From IMG/VR virus record IMGVR_UViG_3300042914_002215: DNA of 64,000 bases; one strand, 5' to 3'. The notes beneath the pieces are model-generated. The model saw nothing but the letters and a program-made list of their open reading frames with translations. It was not told the DNA's origin and searched no databases. Below, one piece after another: positions 1-10,560 of the stretch. Origin of the DNA: a virus. How positions within the stretch are numbered: the stretch's first letter is position 1; the number at the start of each line of letters is the position of its first letter. Both the position numbers and the translations under genes were made by a program.

Positions 1-902
1 ACATTGGTAGCATTCTTGTTGAATATCTTTTACAGATGGGTTGTTTAGTAACTGTAATTGATAACTTCATGTTCGGACAAACAAGTCTGAATCACTTGTG
101 TGACAATAAAAATCTAAAGATTGTGAACGGTGACATTCGTAATCCATCACACATGGCACCTCTACTAAAAGAAGCAGACATAGTTATACCTCTTGCTGCA
201 TTAGTGGGTGCACCACTGTGTAATAAAGATGTTGTTGGTGCAGACACGACAAATAAAGATGCGATGTTCTGGATGCTGAATGCTGTATCTAAAAAACAAC
301 GCATTATTATGCCTACAACTAACTCAGCATATGGCACTGGCGATGAGAACAACTTCTGTACAGAGGAATCACCACTGCGTCCAATCTCTAAGTATGCGAT
401 TGATAAAGTAGCAGTTGAAGAAAGATTGATGGAACGTGAGAACTCTATCAGTTATAGACTAGCAACTGTGTTTGGTATGTCACCACGTATGCGTACTGAC
501 TTGTTAGTAAATGATTTGACATATCGTGCAGTCAATGATGGTTATGTTGTTATCTTTGAAGGTCATTTCAAACGTAATTATATTCATGTACGTGATGTTT
601 GTGAAGCATTCTTACATGCAATCTATCAGTTTGAAGAAATGAAAAGCAACATCTATAATGTAGGATTGTCATCTGCAAATGTATCTAAGTTGGAACTATG
701 TGAGATTATCAAAAAACATGTGCCAAACTTTACGATTGTAGAAGGTGATATCAAGAAAGATCCAGATCAAAGAAACTACATTGTATCTAATGAGAAGTTG
801 GAAGCAACTGGTTGGTATCCTTATCACACATTAGATGATGGCGTTGAAGAACTAATCAAAGGTTATCAGTATCTCAAAAACAATAAACACGGTAACGTAT
901 GA
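1..902 (+). CDS. NAD-dependent epimerase/dehydratase (extended SDR), 5'-truncated by the window edge
   Basis: The reading frame continues upstream of the ORF-track Met (…IGSILVEYLLQM); contains VIDN, GDIR, LAALVG, YxxxK (YAIDK) and RNYIHVRD motifs. Confidence 0.9.
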   Translation, partial: IGSILVEYLLQMGCLVTVIDNFMFGQTSLNHLCDNKNLKIVNGDIRNPSHMAPLLKEADIVIPLAALVGAPLCNKDVVGADTTNKDAMFWMLNAVSKKQRIIMPTTNSAYGTGDENNFCTEESPLRPISKYAIDKVAVEERLMERENSISYRLATVFGMSPRMRTDLLVNDLTYRAVNDGYVVIFEGHFKRNYIHVRDVCEAFLHAIYQFEEMKSNIYNVGLSSANVSKLELCEIIKKHVPNFTIVEGDIKKDPDQRNYIVSNEKLEATGWYPYHTLDDGVEELIKGYQYLKNNKHGNV

Positions 903-1438
903 GCACAAACAACCATTATGTAAACAATGCTGACTTTCTTGCAGCACTCATCAAGTACCGTGATGAATGTGAACATGCAAAGAAAAACAGCACACAAGAA
1001 CCAAAGATACCAGACTACATTGGTGAATGCTTTCTAAAGATTGCAGAACATCTATCACGTAAGCCAAACTTTATTTCATACACATATCGTGATGAGATGA
1101 TATCGGATGGTGTAGAAAACTGTCTGATGTATTTCCGTAACTTTGATCCTGCTAAGTCTAAGAATCCATTTGCTTACTTCACACAGATAATTTATTATGC
1201 CTTTCTGCGTAGAATTATGCGTGAGAAGAAGCAACTGTATGTAAAGTATAAGGCAACACAACAGTTTGGTTTGTTAGATGAAGGCGAAATGTACGAAGAT
1301 GAAAACGGCAACATGAAACAGTTTGAGTTGTACGACAATATCTCCGAGTTCATTCATAACTTTGAAGAAAACAAAAAGAAAAAGAAGGTAAAGAAGTTAG
1401 TTGGACTTGACAACTTTCTTGATGATGATATAATCTAA
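899..1438 (+). CDS. gp55: T4-like late-transcription sigma factor
   Basis: HYVNN…YIGECFLKIA…NFISYTYRDEMISDG…NPFAYFTQI motifs; lies upstream of gp47/gp46. Confidence 0.95.
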   Translation: MSTNNHYVNNADFLAALIKYRDECEHAKKNSTQEPKIPDYIGECFLKIAEHLSRKPNFISYTYRDEMISDGVENCLMYFRNFDPAKSKNPFAYFTQIIYYAFLRRIMREKKQLYVKYKATQQFGLLDEGEMYEDENGNMKQFELYDNISEFIHNFEENKKKKKVKKLVGLDNFLDDDII

Positions 1439-1440
1439 GT

Positions 1441-2511
1441 ATGAAACTATGCATACTTGGTGACACGCATTTTGGAATGCGTAACGACTCTTTGGAATTT
1501 CATAAATATATTGAGAAGTTCTACGAGAACACTTTCTTTCCATATCTAAAAGAAAATGGTATTACAACCGTTGTACAACTTGGCGATCTATTCGACCGCC
1601 GTAAGTTTATTAACTTCAATTCACTCTATTTGTGTCGTAAATACTTCTTTGATAAACTTAGAGAAAATGACATCAAGTTCATTACGCTTCTTGGCAACCA
1701 CGATGTCGCATACAAGAATACGTTAGAGGTAAACTCATCTCAACTGTTACTAAACGAATATGATAATATTACTATATACGATTCTTTTAGTACAGTTAAT
1801 TTTGACGGTATTGATGTTGACATTGTACCTTGGTTATGTGACGACAACGAAAGTGAAATCCTTTCTCAAATAAAATCTTCCAAATCACAAATCTGTTTCG
1901 GTCACTTTGAAATAGAAGGCTTTGAGATGCAAGCGGGCATCATGCAACAAGAAGGTCTAGACCGCAGCAAATTAAAAAAATATGATGTAGTTCTCACTGG
2001 ACATTTTCATCACAAGTCAACAGATGGTTCAATTACATACGTAGGCACACCGTATGAAATGTTCTGGTCTGACTACAATGATCCACGTGGATTTCATATC
2101 TTTGATACTGATACACGTGAGTTAGAGTTCGTACAAAATCCATATAGAATGTTTTATAAGTTGAATTACAAAGATGATCTGGAGCACTTTGCAGAAAACT
2201 ATCGGACATTTGATTATTCAATCTATAAAGATTCATATGTCAAAGTAGTAGTATTGATAAAACAAAATCCATTTCTGTTTGATGTAGTAATTGATAATCT
2301 ATACAAAGCTGGAGTTGCAGATGTAACTATTGTAGAAGATTTTACCGAAGTAGAAAATAATAACGATGAAGAATTGGTAGATCGTGCTGAAGATACCATG
2401 ACAATTCTTTCCAAATATATTGATAACTTGACACTCAATGTGGAATCTGATAAACTAAAGAACATTATGCAAGAACTTTATGTAGAAGCATTAAGTACCG
2501 AAACTGAATGA
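1441..2511 (+). CDS. gp47: Recombination endonuclease subunit (Mre11/SbcD-like)
   Basis: GDTHFG, LGDLFD, GNHD and GHFH metallophosphoesterase motifs; synteny. Confidence 0.95.
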   Translation: MKLCILGDTHFGMRNDSLEFHKYIEKFYENTFFPYLKENGITTVVQLGDLFDRRKFINFNSLYLCRKYFFDKLRENDIKFITLLGNHDVAYKNTLEVNSSQLLLNEYDNITIYDSFSTVNFDGIDVDIVPWLCDDNESEILSQIKSSKSQICFGHFEIEGFEMQAGIMQQEGLDRSKLKKYDVVLTGHFHHKSTDGSITYVGTPYEMFWSDYNDPRGFHIFDTDTRELEFVQNPYRMFYKLNYKDDLEHFAENYRTFDYSIYKDSYVKVVVLIKQNPFLFDVVIDNLYKAGVADVTIVEDFTEVENNNDEELVDRAEDTMTILSKYIDNLTLNVESDKLKNIMQELYVEALSTETE

Positions 2512-4217
2512 TATTATTTAAAAGACTACGCTGGAAAAATTTACTCTCAACTGGCAATCACTTTACTGAGATATTACTAAACGGCAATCCAAACACGCTA
2601 ATCGTAGGCACAAATGGCTCAGGTAAGTCAACGATGCTTGATGCTTTGTGTTTTGGTTTGTTTGGCAAGCCGTTTCGTAATATCAACAAGCCCAATCTCC
2701 TAAATAGTATTAATGGTAAAGATTGTGTAGTTGAGATTGAGTTTTCTGTTGGCAATAAAGAATATAAGATTGTTCGTGGTATCAAACCGAATGTGTTTGA
2801 GATATACCAAGACGCAGTTTTGCTGAACCAAGATGCGGCTGTAAGAGATTATCAAGACTACTTAGAGAAGTTCGTTCTCAAACTAAACTACAAGTCTTTC
2901 ACGCAGATCGTTATTCTTGGTTCAGCATCCTTTACACCGTTCATGCAGTTATCTGCTGCTGATCGTCGTGCAATCATTGAAGATTTGTTAGACATTCAAA
3001 TCTTTTCTACAATGAACAGTCTGGTAAAAGAAAGACTGTCAAATAATAAAGAGTTGACCATAGCCAAGAAGAACGATGTATCACTTCTTGAGCAAAAATA
3101 TGAACTCAAAAAAGAGCATCAAGATAAACTCAATGAAGATATTGAAGTAAAGGTAAAAGAATATGAGAAAGAGATACTTCTGCACAGAGAAACAATACGC
3201 ACCTTATGTGGAGAGATTGACGATCTGGAGCAATCAAAGAAAGCACTTGCCGAAATCTGTGCGAAAATTCCTGAAAATGAAAAGAAGATTGCTGCGTTTA
3301 CAAAAGTTGAGTCACAGATTGAGAGCAAAATATCCAAAGTGGGAAATGATAGAAGTTTCTATGAACACAATGCTGATTGCCCAACCTGTAGGCAAGCCAT
3401 TACCTTGGAGTTTAAAGAGGGGCAACTCACAGAACTTGCTACAAAAGAACAAGAACTCAGGAGTGGTCTAACAGAACTACAAACAAAAATAACAGAACAA
3501 GAAAATGTTATTGCCGATCTGCGTGAAAAAGAAAAAGAACTGTCTAATGTTCGTGTTCAAATCGCAACCACAAACACAAGCGTCAAAGGTTTGAATGACA
3601 CAATCAAGAGACTTGAAAAAGAAATCAAAGAACTAAGAACACCGAAAGTAAATAACACAGACACAAACGAATTGGAAACAATTCAAACACAGATAAAAGA
3701 ATCACAAGAAGAACTAAAGCAGTTGATGATTGATAAAACATATCTTGATGTAGCATCAACTTTGTTGAAAGATACTGGTATCAAAACCAATATCATCAAA
3801 CAATATTTGCCTGTGATAAACAAACTGGTAAACAAATATCTTACCAGTATGGACTTCTTTGTGAACTTCAATCTTGATGAGTCTTTCAAAGAAACAATCA
3901 AGTCACGCCATCGTGATGATTTTAGTTATCACAATTTCTCAGAAGGTGAGAAGCAGCGTATTGATATGGCATTGATGTTGACATGGAGAGCAGTAGCCAA
4001 GTTGAAAAATTCCATAAATACAAACCTACTGATACTGGATGAGGTTTTTGATTCAAGCCTAGATACCAGTGGCACAGAAGATTTGATGAAGATACTACAC
4101 ACACTTGACAATGTAAATCTGTTTGTCATCAGTCATAAAGGTGACATACTACAAGATAAGTTTATGAATACAATACGATTTGAGAAAGTCAAAAACTTTT
4201 CAAGGATAATGAAATGA
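2508..4217 (+). CDS. gp46: Recombination ATPase subunit (Rad50/SbcC-like)
   Basis: Walker A GTNGSGKST, coiled coil with CPTC hook, FSEGEK signature, LDEVFD Walker B. Confidence 0.95.
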   Translation: MILFKRLRWKNLLSTGNHFTEILLNGNPNTLIVGTNGSGKSTMLDALCFGLFGKPFRNINKPNLLNSINGKDCVVEIEFSVGNKEYKIVRGIKPNVFEIYQDAVLLNQDAAVRDYQDYLEKFVLKLNYKSFTQIVILGSASFTPFMQLSAADRRAIIEDLLDIQIFSTMNSLVKERLSNNKELTIAKKNDVSLLEQKYELKKEHQDKLNEDIEVKVKEYEKEILLHRETIRTLCGEIDDLEQSKKALAEICAKIPENEKKIAAFTKVESQIESKISKVGNDRSFYEHNADCPTCRQAITLEFKEGQLTELATKEQELRSGLTELQTKITEQENVIADLREKEKELSNVRVQIATTNTSVKGLNDTIKRLEKEIKELRTPKVNNTDTNELETIQTQIKESQEELKQLMIDKTYLDVASTLLKDTGIKTNIIKQYLPVINKLVNKYLTSMDFFVNFNLDESFKETIKSRHRDDFSYHNFSEGEKQRIDMALMLTWRAVAKLKNSINTNLLILDEVFDSSLDTSGTEDLMKILHTLDNVNLFVISHKGDILQDKFMNTIRFEKVKNFSRIMK

Positions 4218-4807
4218 GTGAAATACTAACAATTGATACCGCTGCTGGCATACAACAAGTAGAACAAGTAGAGCCACTACAAGTGTTTGATGATAACTAC
4301 TTTATGCTTCAGCAAAAAATACCAGAATACACTGGTGGATTTCCAGCACCAGCAATGGTAAACTTAGCCAAAAGATTGAAGTTGACAATGAAACTTTATT
4401 CTGGTCTTGGTCTTGCTGCTAATCAATGTGGTATTGCAGAGCGAATGTTTGTTATTGGTACAGATGAGTTTCAAATGGTATGTATCAATCCAAAAGTATT
4501 AGATGAAGATGATGAATGGGAAAAAGGTAAAGAAGGATGTCTATCCTCACCCGGATTGTTTCTGAATATTGAAAGACCGAAGTCAATCAAAGTAGGATTT
4601 ACCGATGAGTTTGGTGAATACAAAGAAGCAATGTTACAAGGATTATCTGCTCGTTGTTACCTTCATGAGCTTGACCATCTGAATGGAATCAAGTATACTA
4701 GCTATGTAAAACCACTTGCACTTAGAATGGCAAAACAGAAAGCAAACAAAATTGTGAAGAAAATTATTAGGAATCACAAAAATGGAAAACAAAGTTCAAG
4801 AATCTAG
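4214..4807 (+). CDS. def: Peptide deformylase
   Basis: GLGLAANQ, EGCLS and HELDHLNG motifs. Confidence 0.93.
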   Translation: MSEILTIDTAAGIQQVEQVEPLQVFDDNYFMLQQKIPEYTGGFPAPAMVNLAKRLKLTMKLYSGLGLAANQCGIAERMFVIGTDEFQMVCINPKVLDEDDEWEKGKEGCLSSPGLFLNIERPKSIKVGFTDEFGEYKEAMLQGLSARCYLHELDHLNGIKYTSYVKPLALRMAKQKANKIVKKIIRNHKNGKQSSRI

Positions 4808-5132
4808 TTCATATGAAAACTGCATGGAGTTGTTGACCGATGAGTATCAACCTCCAACACTAAGCAGATTTTTTGGTGAAGAAGAAAATGATGAAGATGG
4901 TGGTGTAGATACCGAAAATGCCGAATGGAAAAAGCATTGGGTTGGTATGCCAGAGTTCGTCCAGAACGACAAGAAAACATTCAAGACAATTTATCTACAT
5001 TTCCGCAATCAAGAAGATTATGATGCATTTGCCAAATTGGTTGATCAGAATCTCACTATGAAAACAAAGTCTATCTGGTATCCAAAACTAGAGCGTGATG
5101 AAAACTCACTCAAGAGATGGATTGAAGAGTGA
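4782..5132 (+). CDS. Small acidic phage protein, probable partner of the downstream TAGT-like glycosyltransferase
   Basis: ORF with W-x-GMPEF…HFRNQEDY…SIWYP pattern; translationally coupled in the cassette. Confidence 0.55.
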   Translation: MENKVQESSSYENCMELLTDEYQPPTLSRFFGEEENDEDGGVDTENAEWKKHWVGMPEFVQNDKKTFKTIYLHFRNQEDYDAFAKLVDQNLTMKTKSIWYPKLERDENSLKRWIEE

Positions 5133-5133
5133 A

Positions 5134-5925
5134 ATGGATTTTCTGAAAGAAAAGCCTCAGGTTCTGTTTGAATATTTTCTACAAGACTATGGCAGTTTAT
5201 TTGATATAGACGCTGAAGAGTGTAGAGCACTAAGAAAAACAGATAAGATTTTCCAAGAACTGTCAATAAAATGGTATGATGATCTGGAACATGAGCATGA
5301 AAGAAACATTTATGAGGTGTACAATCACGATTACTATTTTATAGATATCTTCAATTGTTTTGTTACCTATAGCAGAGATTATATCAAACGTATAATCAAG
5401 TCATCACACTTTCAGGAACTCAAAGATGCCAAAGTAATCGTTGACATCGGTTGTGGAATAAGTTATAGTACATGCTTACTGAAGCAAATATTTCCTGAAG
5501 CAAAAGTCTATGCCATAAATCTCAAAGGCACCAAACAATGGAAGTTATGTGAGATAATGGCGCAAAGATTTGATTTCAATCTTGTTGAATCTATTCATGA
5601 CATTGAAGAATCGGTTGATATTCTATGGGCTTCAGAATACTTTGAGCACATTTATAATCCAATTGAACATGTTGATGATATAATTAAAACACTGAATCCA
5701 AAACATATGATTGTAGCAAACTCATTCAACACATGGGGAATGGGACACTTTACAAAGTATGATGTCTATGGTACAATAGTAAGTCAAGACAAAGTTAGTA
5801 AAATGTTCAATCAACATTTGATGGCAAAACAATATGAGAATGTCAAATGTGGAATATGGAATAACAAACCTATAGTATGGAAAAGAAATGACCAATCCAA
5901 CACATCCAGTTTATATCGTTTCTAA
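5134..5925 (+). CDS. Class I SAM-dependent methyltransferase
   Basis: VIVDIGCGISY SAM motif I and EYFEHI motif; start chosen at the ATG just after the upstream stop. Confidence 0.75.
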   Translation: MDFLKEKPQVLFEYFLQDYGSLFDIDAEECRALRKTDKIFQELSIKWYDDLEHEHERNIYEVYNHDYYFIDIFNCFVTYSRDYIKRIIKSSHFQELKDAKVIVDIGCGISYSTCLLKQIFPEAKVYAINLKGTKQWKLCEIMAQRFDFNLVESIHDIEESVDILWASEYFEHIYNPIEHVDDIIKTLNPKHMIVANSFNTWGMGHFTKYDVYGTIVSQDKVSKMFNQHLMAKQYENVKCGIWNNKPIVWKRNDQSNTSSLYRF

Positions 5926-6784
5926 AGGTCGTTCAGACACAATGATCACCTCACGATCATTGTCACGCATGAGAGTACCACACTACATTGTAATTGAACC
6001 ACAAGATAAAAAGCCATATGAGGATGCACTTGATAAGTTCGGCATTCGTGACTATGTAACATTGATTGTCGCACCGTTCAGTAATCATGGTGATGGTCCT
6101 GGTCGTGCAAGGAACTTTGCATGGGATCATTCTATCTCTATCGGTGCAGAGAAACATTGGGTGCTTGATGATAATATCGCAGACTTCTACCGCTTGCATA
6201 ACAACTATCGTATTCGTGTAGAGTCTGGCTGCATCTTCAAAGCAGCAGAAGATTTCATTGATAGATTTGAAAATGTGCCAATCTCTGGCTTTCAGTATCG
6301 TTTCTTCATTGCACCAAATCAAAGTTATCCACCATATGTAAAGAATACACGAATCTATTCTACACTATTGATTGATAATAATTGCAAGCACCGTTGGCGT
6401 GGTAGATATAATGAAGATACTGATATCTGTCTGCGTGTATTGAAAGATGGTGACTGCACCATTCAATTTAATGCATTTCTTCAAGGCAAAGCAGCGACAC
6501 AAACTGTCAAGGGTGGTAATACAGAAGAGTTCTATCACAAAGAAGGTGTTGAAAAGAATCATTGGGTAGATGGTGTCAATGCTGAAGGTACCAGAAACAA
6601 ATCAGAAATGCTGGTACGTATGCATCCAGATGTAGCACGAATGGTATGGAGATACAAACGCTGGCATCATTATGTTGATTATTCACCGTTCAAGAAGAAT
6701 GAACTGCGTTATAAAAAGAACATCACAATACCAACTGGTACAAATGAATATGGTATGAAATTGGTAACTAATTTCAAGTCTTGA
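5888..6784 (+). CDS. GT-A fold glycosyltransferase, TET-associated (TAGT)/GREB1-like family; candidate DNA-base glycosyltransferase
   Basis: YIVSKGR, ARN, WVLDDNI (DD motif), WRGRYNEDTD…L and GGN motifs. Confidence 0.75.
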   Translation: MTNPTHPVYIVSKGRSDTMITSRSLSRMRVPHYIVIEPQDKKPYEDALDKFGIRDYVTLIVAPFSNHGDGPGRARNFAWDHSISIGAEKHWVLDDNIADFYRLHNNYRIRVESGCIFKAAEDFIDRFENVPISGFQYRFFIAPNQSYPPYVKNTRIYSTLLIDNNCKHRWRGRYNEDTDICLRVLKDGDCTIQFNAFLQGKAATQTVKGGNTEEFYHKEGVEKNHWVDGVNAEGTRNKSEMLVRMHPDVARMVWRYKRWHHYVDYSPFKKNELRYKKNITIPTGTNEYGMKLVTNFKS

Positions 6785-6809
6785 CAATTGCGTCCATCTC
6801 TGTTATTAT
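6781..6809 (+). promoter_or_regulatory. sigma70-type early promoter
   Basis: TTGACA-N17-TATTAT. Confidence 0.75.
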
Positions 6810-6835
6810 TACCATATAGTGATTAACAGGAGATG

Positions 6836-6997
6836 ATGATGTCAGAATTACAAGACTTTGTTGACGAAAATGAAACAAATTACCAATTTGCTTTGCTTGA
6901 TGTCAAAAATGCAATAGATACATATGGCATTGAAATAGTGTTTGAAGCACTAGACTTGACAAATATCGTCATGCTTGATACAATGTATGTTCAGTAA
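6836..6997 (+). CDS. Small hypothetical protein (~53 aa, below ORF-track cutoff)
   Basis: AGGAG RBS after the promoter; open frame MSELQDFVDENE…MYVQ. Confidence 0.55.
   Translation: MMSELQDFVDENETNYQFALLDVKNAIDTYGIEIVFEALDLTNIVMLDTMYVQ
6956..6984 (+). promoter_or_regulatory. sigma70-type early promoter for the peptidase-vWA gene
   Basis: TTGACA-N17-TACAAT. Confidence 0.75.
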
Positions 6998-7013
6998 TTG
7001 ATAGGAATATCAA

Positions 7014-9275
7014 ATGAGCAACATTCAAAATCAAAAATCTGGTCTTGCCAAACTGATGGCGACCGAGAATCTCACAGTTCAACATGCTAAAACAAATACA
7101 GCATCGTTTGATCCCAAAAATCGTATTCTAACTTGCCCAATCTGGTCAGAAATGTCTGGCGATCTTTATGACTTGCTGATGGGTCATGAAGTTGGTCACG
7201 CTATTGATACACCTGCTGATGGTTGGCACGGTGCAGTACATGATCGTGGTGCAAATTACAAAGGCTTTCTCAATGTGGTTGAAGATGCACGTATTGAGAA
7301 ACGCCAGAAACGCCGTTATCCCGGTCTGCGTCGATCATTCATCAACGGCTTCAATGAGTTGATGAAGCGTGACTTCTTTGGTATCGGTGATCGTGAAGTC
7401 AATACATTCCCATTCATTGATCGTTTGAACATGTATACCAAATCTGGTTATACAATGCAGATTGCATTCAATGCAAAAGAACAGGACTTTGTTGACCGTG
7501 TTCAAGCCTGCGAAACTTGGGAAGATGTTCTCAAAGTTACAGATGAGATTTGGGATTACTCTAAACAAGAACAATCACAAACCAACATGCCGCAAGATAG
7601 TTTCGGCTTCAGTGATGAAGATGCTGATGGTCAACAAGAAACTGGTGCCAATGAGGGTGATGCTGAGACTCAAGCAAAAGGTAACAATGAGTCTAAGGCA
7701 AGTGATAAGGGTGATGGTGGTGATCAAGAAAAAGAATCACAATCATCAAGTGGCGATGCACAAGAAAATGGCGACAATGAAGATGGTGAAGATGGTGATG
7801 CCATCAACCGTTTCAAAGAATCACAGAATACACGTGATGATGTTGAGCCACGGTGTGAGACTGATGAAAACTTCCGTCGCAACGAATCTTCTTTGATTGA
7901 CAAGAAAGCACGTGAGTATGTGTATGTCAACATACCACAAGCCAATCTGAAGAAAATTATCACGCCAGCAAAACGTGTACAAGAACTTCTGACCGCTGAG
8001 TTTTCCGACCAGCGTAAAGACTATGAAACAGTTGCTAACAATTTGTACAATGAGTTCCGTCGTAAAAACGAACGATTCATTTCTCTGTTGGCAAAAGAGT
8101 TTGAGATGCGTAAAGCGGCTGATAAGTTTGCGAAAGCAAAAACATCGGACACTGGTGATATTGACGTTAGCCGTATCTTCAAATATCAGATTGATGATGC
8201 TATCTTCAAAAAAGTCATGCGTGTACCGAAAGGTAAATCACATGGCTTAATTCTGTTACTTGATAAGTCTGGCTCAATGTTTGAGAATCTGGCGGCATCA
8301 TATGAACAGATTTTGATACTGGCTATGTTCTGCCGTAAAGTAAATATTCCTTTTACTGCCTACGGCTTCGGCAATTCTGAGGGCGTTCGTGACATTGATT
8401 TTCCCAATGGCCGAACTGATGAATACTCATATGAATGTTTTAGTAAATCATACAAAGATATGGCTTTGTCGGATGTCTTTCTGCGTGAGATGATCAATTC
8501 TAAAATGAGTAACTCAGAATTTTCAAAAGCAGTAAAAAATATTCTTTGTCTCAAAGATTCGTACTCAGGTCGTAACAGATATTCATATCATGGTACAAAC
8601 TTCTATCGTCCACAATCCGATAGTTTGTCTAACACACCATTGTCTGAGGCATTGGTTGCTTGTCAACCATTGATCAATGAGTTCCGTCAAGTGAACAATC
8701 TTGATATCGTGAATCTGTGTGTGGTACATGATGGTGATGCTGATGAAGTTCGTAATTATTACGATTCAACTCAACGCCGTGAATTCTTTGGTCCCAGGTA
8801 TCAAAATGTTTTTCTTGTAGATAAGAAAAATAAAGTACAACAAGAAGTGCCCGCTATTGAAGATGGTGTACGAATTGCTGTGGCTAAATGGTTGTCTAAG
8901 ACAACTGGTGTAAAGATTATTGGTTTCTATCTTGCACCACACAGTCAAGTCAAGGGTGCACTACGCCGTCGTTTGTATAATGATGAAATTAACCCGTTGC
9001 GTGATGATGCAAACAAACGGTATGAATTGTTTGATGTGATGAGTAAATACCAAAAGATACTAAAGAAAGAAAAGTATCTTGAATCAAAGAATGATGGTTA
9101 TGAATCATTCTTTATTCTACCTGGCGGTAATGAACTCGGTGTTGATGATGAAGAATTTGAAGCACCAGAAAAAGTTACTACGGCATCTTTGACTAAAGCG
9201 TTTTCTAAGTACACCAAGAATCGCCAAGTCAACCGTGTGTTGGTATCACGTTTCATCGGTATGATAGCAGTTTGA
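7014..9275 (+). CDS. CobT-like protein: HExxH metallopeptidase-like N-domain, acidic linker, vWA domain
   Basis: HEVGH, NVVEDARIE, acidic low-complexity linker, LLLDKSGSM (MIDAS), TPL and HDGD motifs. Confidence 0.8.
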   Translation: MSNIQNQKSGLAKLMATENLTVQHAKTNTASFDPKNRILTCPIWSEMSGDLYDLLMGHEVGHAIDTPADGWHGAVHDRGANYKGFLNVVEDARIEKRQKRRYPGLRRSFINGFNELMKRDFFGIGDREVNTFPFIDRLNMYTKSGYTMQIAFNAKEQDFVDRVQACETWEDVLKVTDEIWDYSKQEQSQTNMPQDSFGFSDEDADGQQETGANEGDAETQAKGNNESKASDKGDGGDQEKESQSSSGDAQENGDNEDGEDGDAINRFKESQNTRDDVEPRCETDENFRRNESSLIDKKAREYVYVNIPQANLKKIITPAKRVQELLTAEFSDQRKDYETVANNLYNEFRRKNERFISLLAKEFEMRKAADKFAKAKTSDTGDIDVSRIFKYQIDDAIFKKVMRVPKGKSHGLILLLDKSGSMFENLAASYEQILILAMFCRKVNIPFTAYGFGNSEGVRDIDFPNGRTDEYSYECFSKSYKDMALSDVFLREMINSKMSNSEFSKAVKNILCLKDSYSGRNRYSYHGTNFYRPQSDSLSNTPLSEALVACQPLINEFRQVNNLDIVNLCVVHDGDADEVRNYYDSTQRREFFGPRYQNVFLVDKKNKVQQEVPAIEDGVRIAVAKWLSKTTGVKIIGFYLAPHSQVKGALRRRLYNDEINPLRDDANKRYELFDVMSKYQKILKKEKYLESKNDGYESFFILPGGNELGVDDEEFEAPEKVTTASLTKAFSKYTKNRQVNRVLVSRFIGMIAV

Positions 9276-9279
9276 TAAT

Positions 9280-9318
9280 GGACCACTACTTGACAAAGTG
9301 GTGGTTCTCTTTTATAAT
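9280..9318 (+). promoter_or_regulatory. Hairpin (terminator-like) overlapping a sigma70 promoter
   Basis: GGACCACTACT-TGACAA-AGTGGTGGTTC stem followed by TCTTTT; TTGACA(9290)-N17-TATAAT(9313). Confidence 0.75.
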
Positions 9319-9350
9319 GATAGTTCCTACAGTGATGGAGAATTTATATT

Positions 9351-10538
9351 ATGGCAACACGTGCTGAAAAACGCCAAGCATTTATTGATGCTATTCTGGC
9401 AACTGGTAAGACTCAAGTTACCACTGATGATATTCGTGATATCGTAGAACAAACTGGCCTGAAGTGGCCACAGTGGTTCACTAAAGATGAATCATATCGT
9501 ATCAAGCGTGGTGTGTTCCGTGTTCCTGGTGTCTCCAATGAAGCACCAGAGCCAATCAATATGGTCGCACAAGTAATACCCATGGCAAAACCTGCTGCTC
9601 CTGTTGCTGGCAATCGTATTGCTAATGTGACAACTGATCTTGAAATTGAGAATCTGATTCCAACTCAATACAAAAACTATGTACCTTTTGGCAACTTTGA
9701 AGATGTGTTGTCAATCGTACAATCTAGTCAATTCTTCCCTGTGTTCATTACTGGTCAATCTGGTAATGGTAAAACAATGTCAATTGAACAGGCTTGTGCC
9801 AAAGCAAAACGCAAATTTGTTTGCGTATCAATGACACCTGACACCGACGAAGGCGATCTTCTTGGTAACTATGTTCTGATCAACGGTCAGATGGAATGGC
9901 GTGATGGTCCTGTCACGGTTGCAGCCCGTCAGGGTGCTGTACTCTGTATTGATGAGATTGATTACGGTGCTCAGAATCTTTCCTGTCTCCAACGTGTACT
10001 TGAAGGTAAACCATTCTTGCTGAAGAAAAAGAATGAACTGGTTACACCTGCACCTGGTTTCACTGTCTTTGCTACTGCTAATACCAAGGGTAAAGGCTCT
10101 GAAGATGGTCGTTATATGTTTACCAACGTGTTGAACGAAGCGTTTCTTGAGCGTTTTCCTAACACTATGGAACAAGATTGGCCGCCGGCTAAGATTGAAG
10201 AAAAGATTATCGGCAAAGAACTTGATGCAGTTGGTCGTCCTGATGCATCATTTGCCAAGAATCTTGTGACATGGGCGAATGCAATTCGTACTACATTTGC
10301 CGATGGTGGCTGTGATGAAGTTATCTCCACACGCCGTCTGGTACACATTGTCAAAACTTTCGGTATCTACAATGATAAAAAGAAAGCGATTGAGTATTGC
10401 TTGAATCGTTTTGATGCCGATACTAAGGCTACCTTCTTTGACTTGTATACCAAAGTTGATGCTGGTGTTGATCCTACTGTCGCACCTCCACATGAAGAGA
10501 AGTCTACCGCAACTGAAGGTGAAGAGATTCCATTCTAA
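9351..10538 (+). CDS. CobS-like MoxR-type AAA+ ATPase
   Basis: GQSGNGKT Walker A, LCIDEID Walker B, ATANTKG, LNEAFLERF and ISTRRLV motifs. Confidence 0.88.
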   Translation: MATRAEKRQAFIDAILATGKTQVTTDDIRDIVEQTGLKWPQWFTKDESYRIKRGVFRVPGVSNEAPEPINMVAQVIPMAKPAAPVAGNRIANVTTDLEIENLIPTQYKNYVPFGNFEDVLSIVQSSQFFPVFITGQSGNGKTMSIEQACAKAKRKFVCVSMTPDTDEGDLLGNYVLINGQMEWRDGPVTVAARQGAVLCIDEIDYGAQNLSCLQRVLEGKPFLLKKKNELVTPAPGFTVFATANTKGKGSEDGRYMFTNVLNEAFLERFPNTMEQDWPPAKIEEKIIGKELDAVGRPDASFAKNLVTWANAIRTTFADGGCDEVISTRRLVHIVKTFGIYNDKKKAIEYCLNRFDADTKATFFDLYTKVDAGVDPTVAPPHEEKSTATEGEEIPF

Positions 10539-10560
10539 GGTAATCTTTCACCTTTACCAG

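Noticed and set aside
7610-7810. Low-complexity GAT/GGT-rich stretch as a DNA repeat element
   Set aside because: It is explained by the acidic Gly/Asp/Glu linker of the CobT-like protein
7014-10538. Cobalamin biosynthesis (cobT/cobS)
   Set aside because: This is a generic MoxR AAA+/vWA chaperone-like pair common in T4-like phages; there is no cobN or other cob gene in the window
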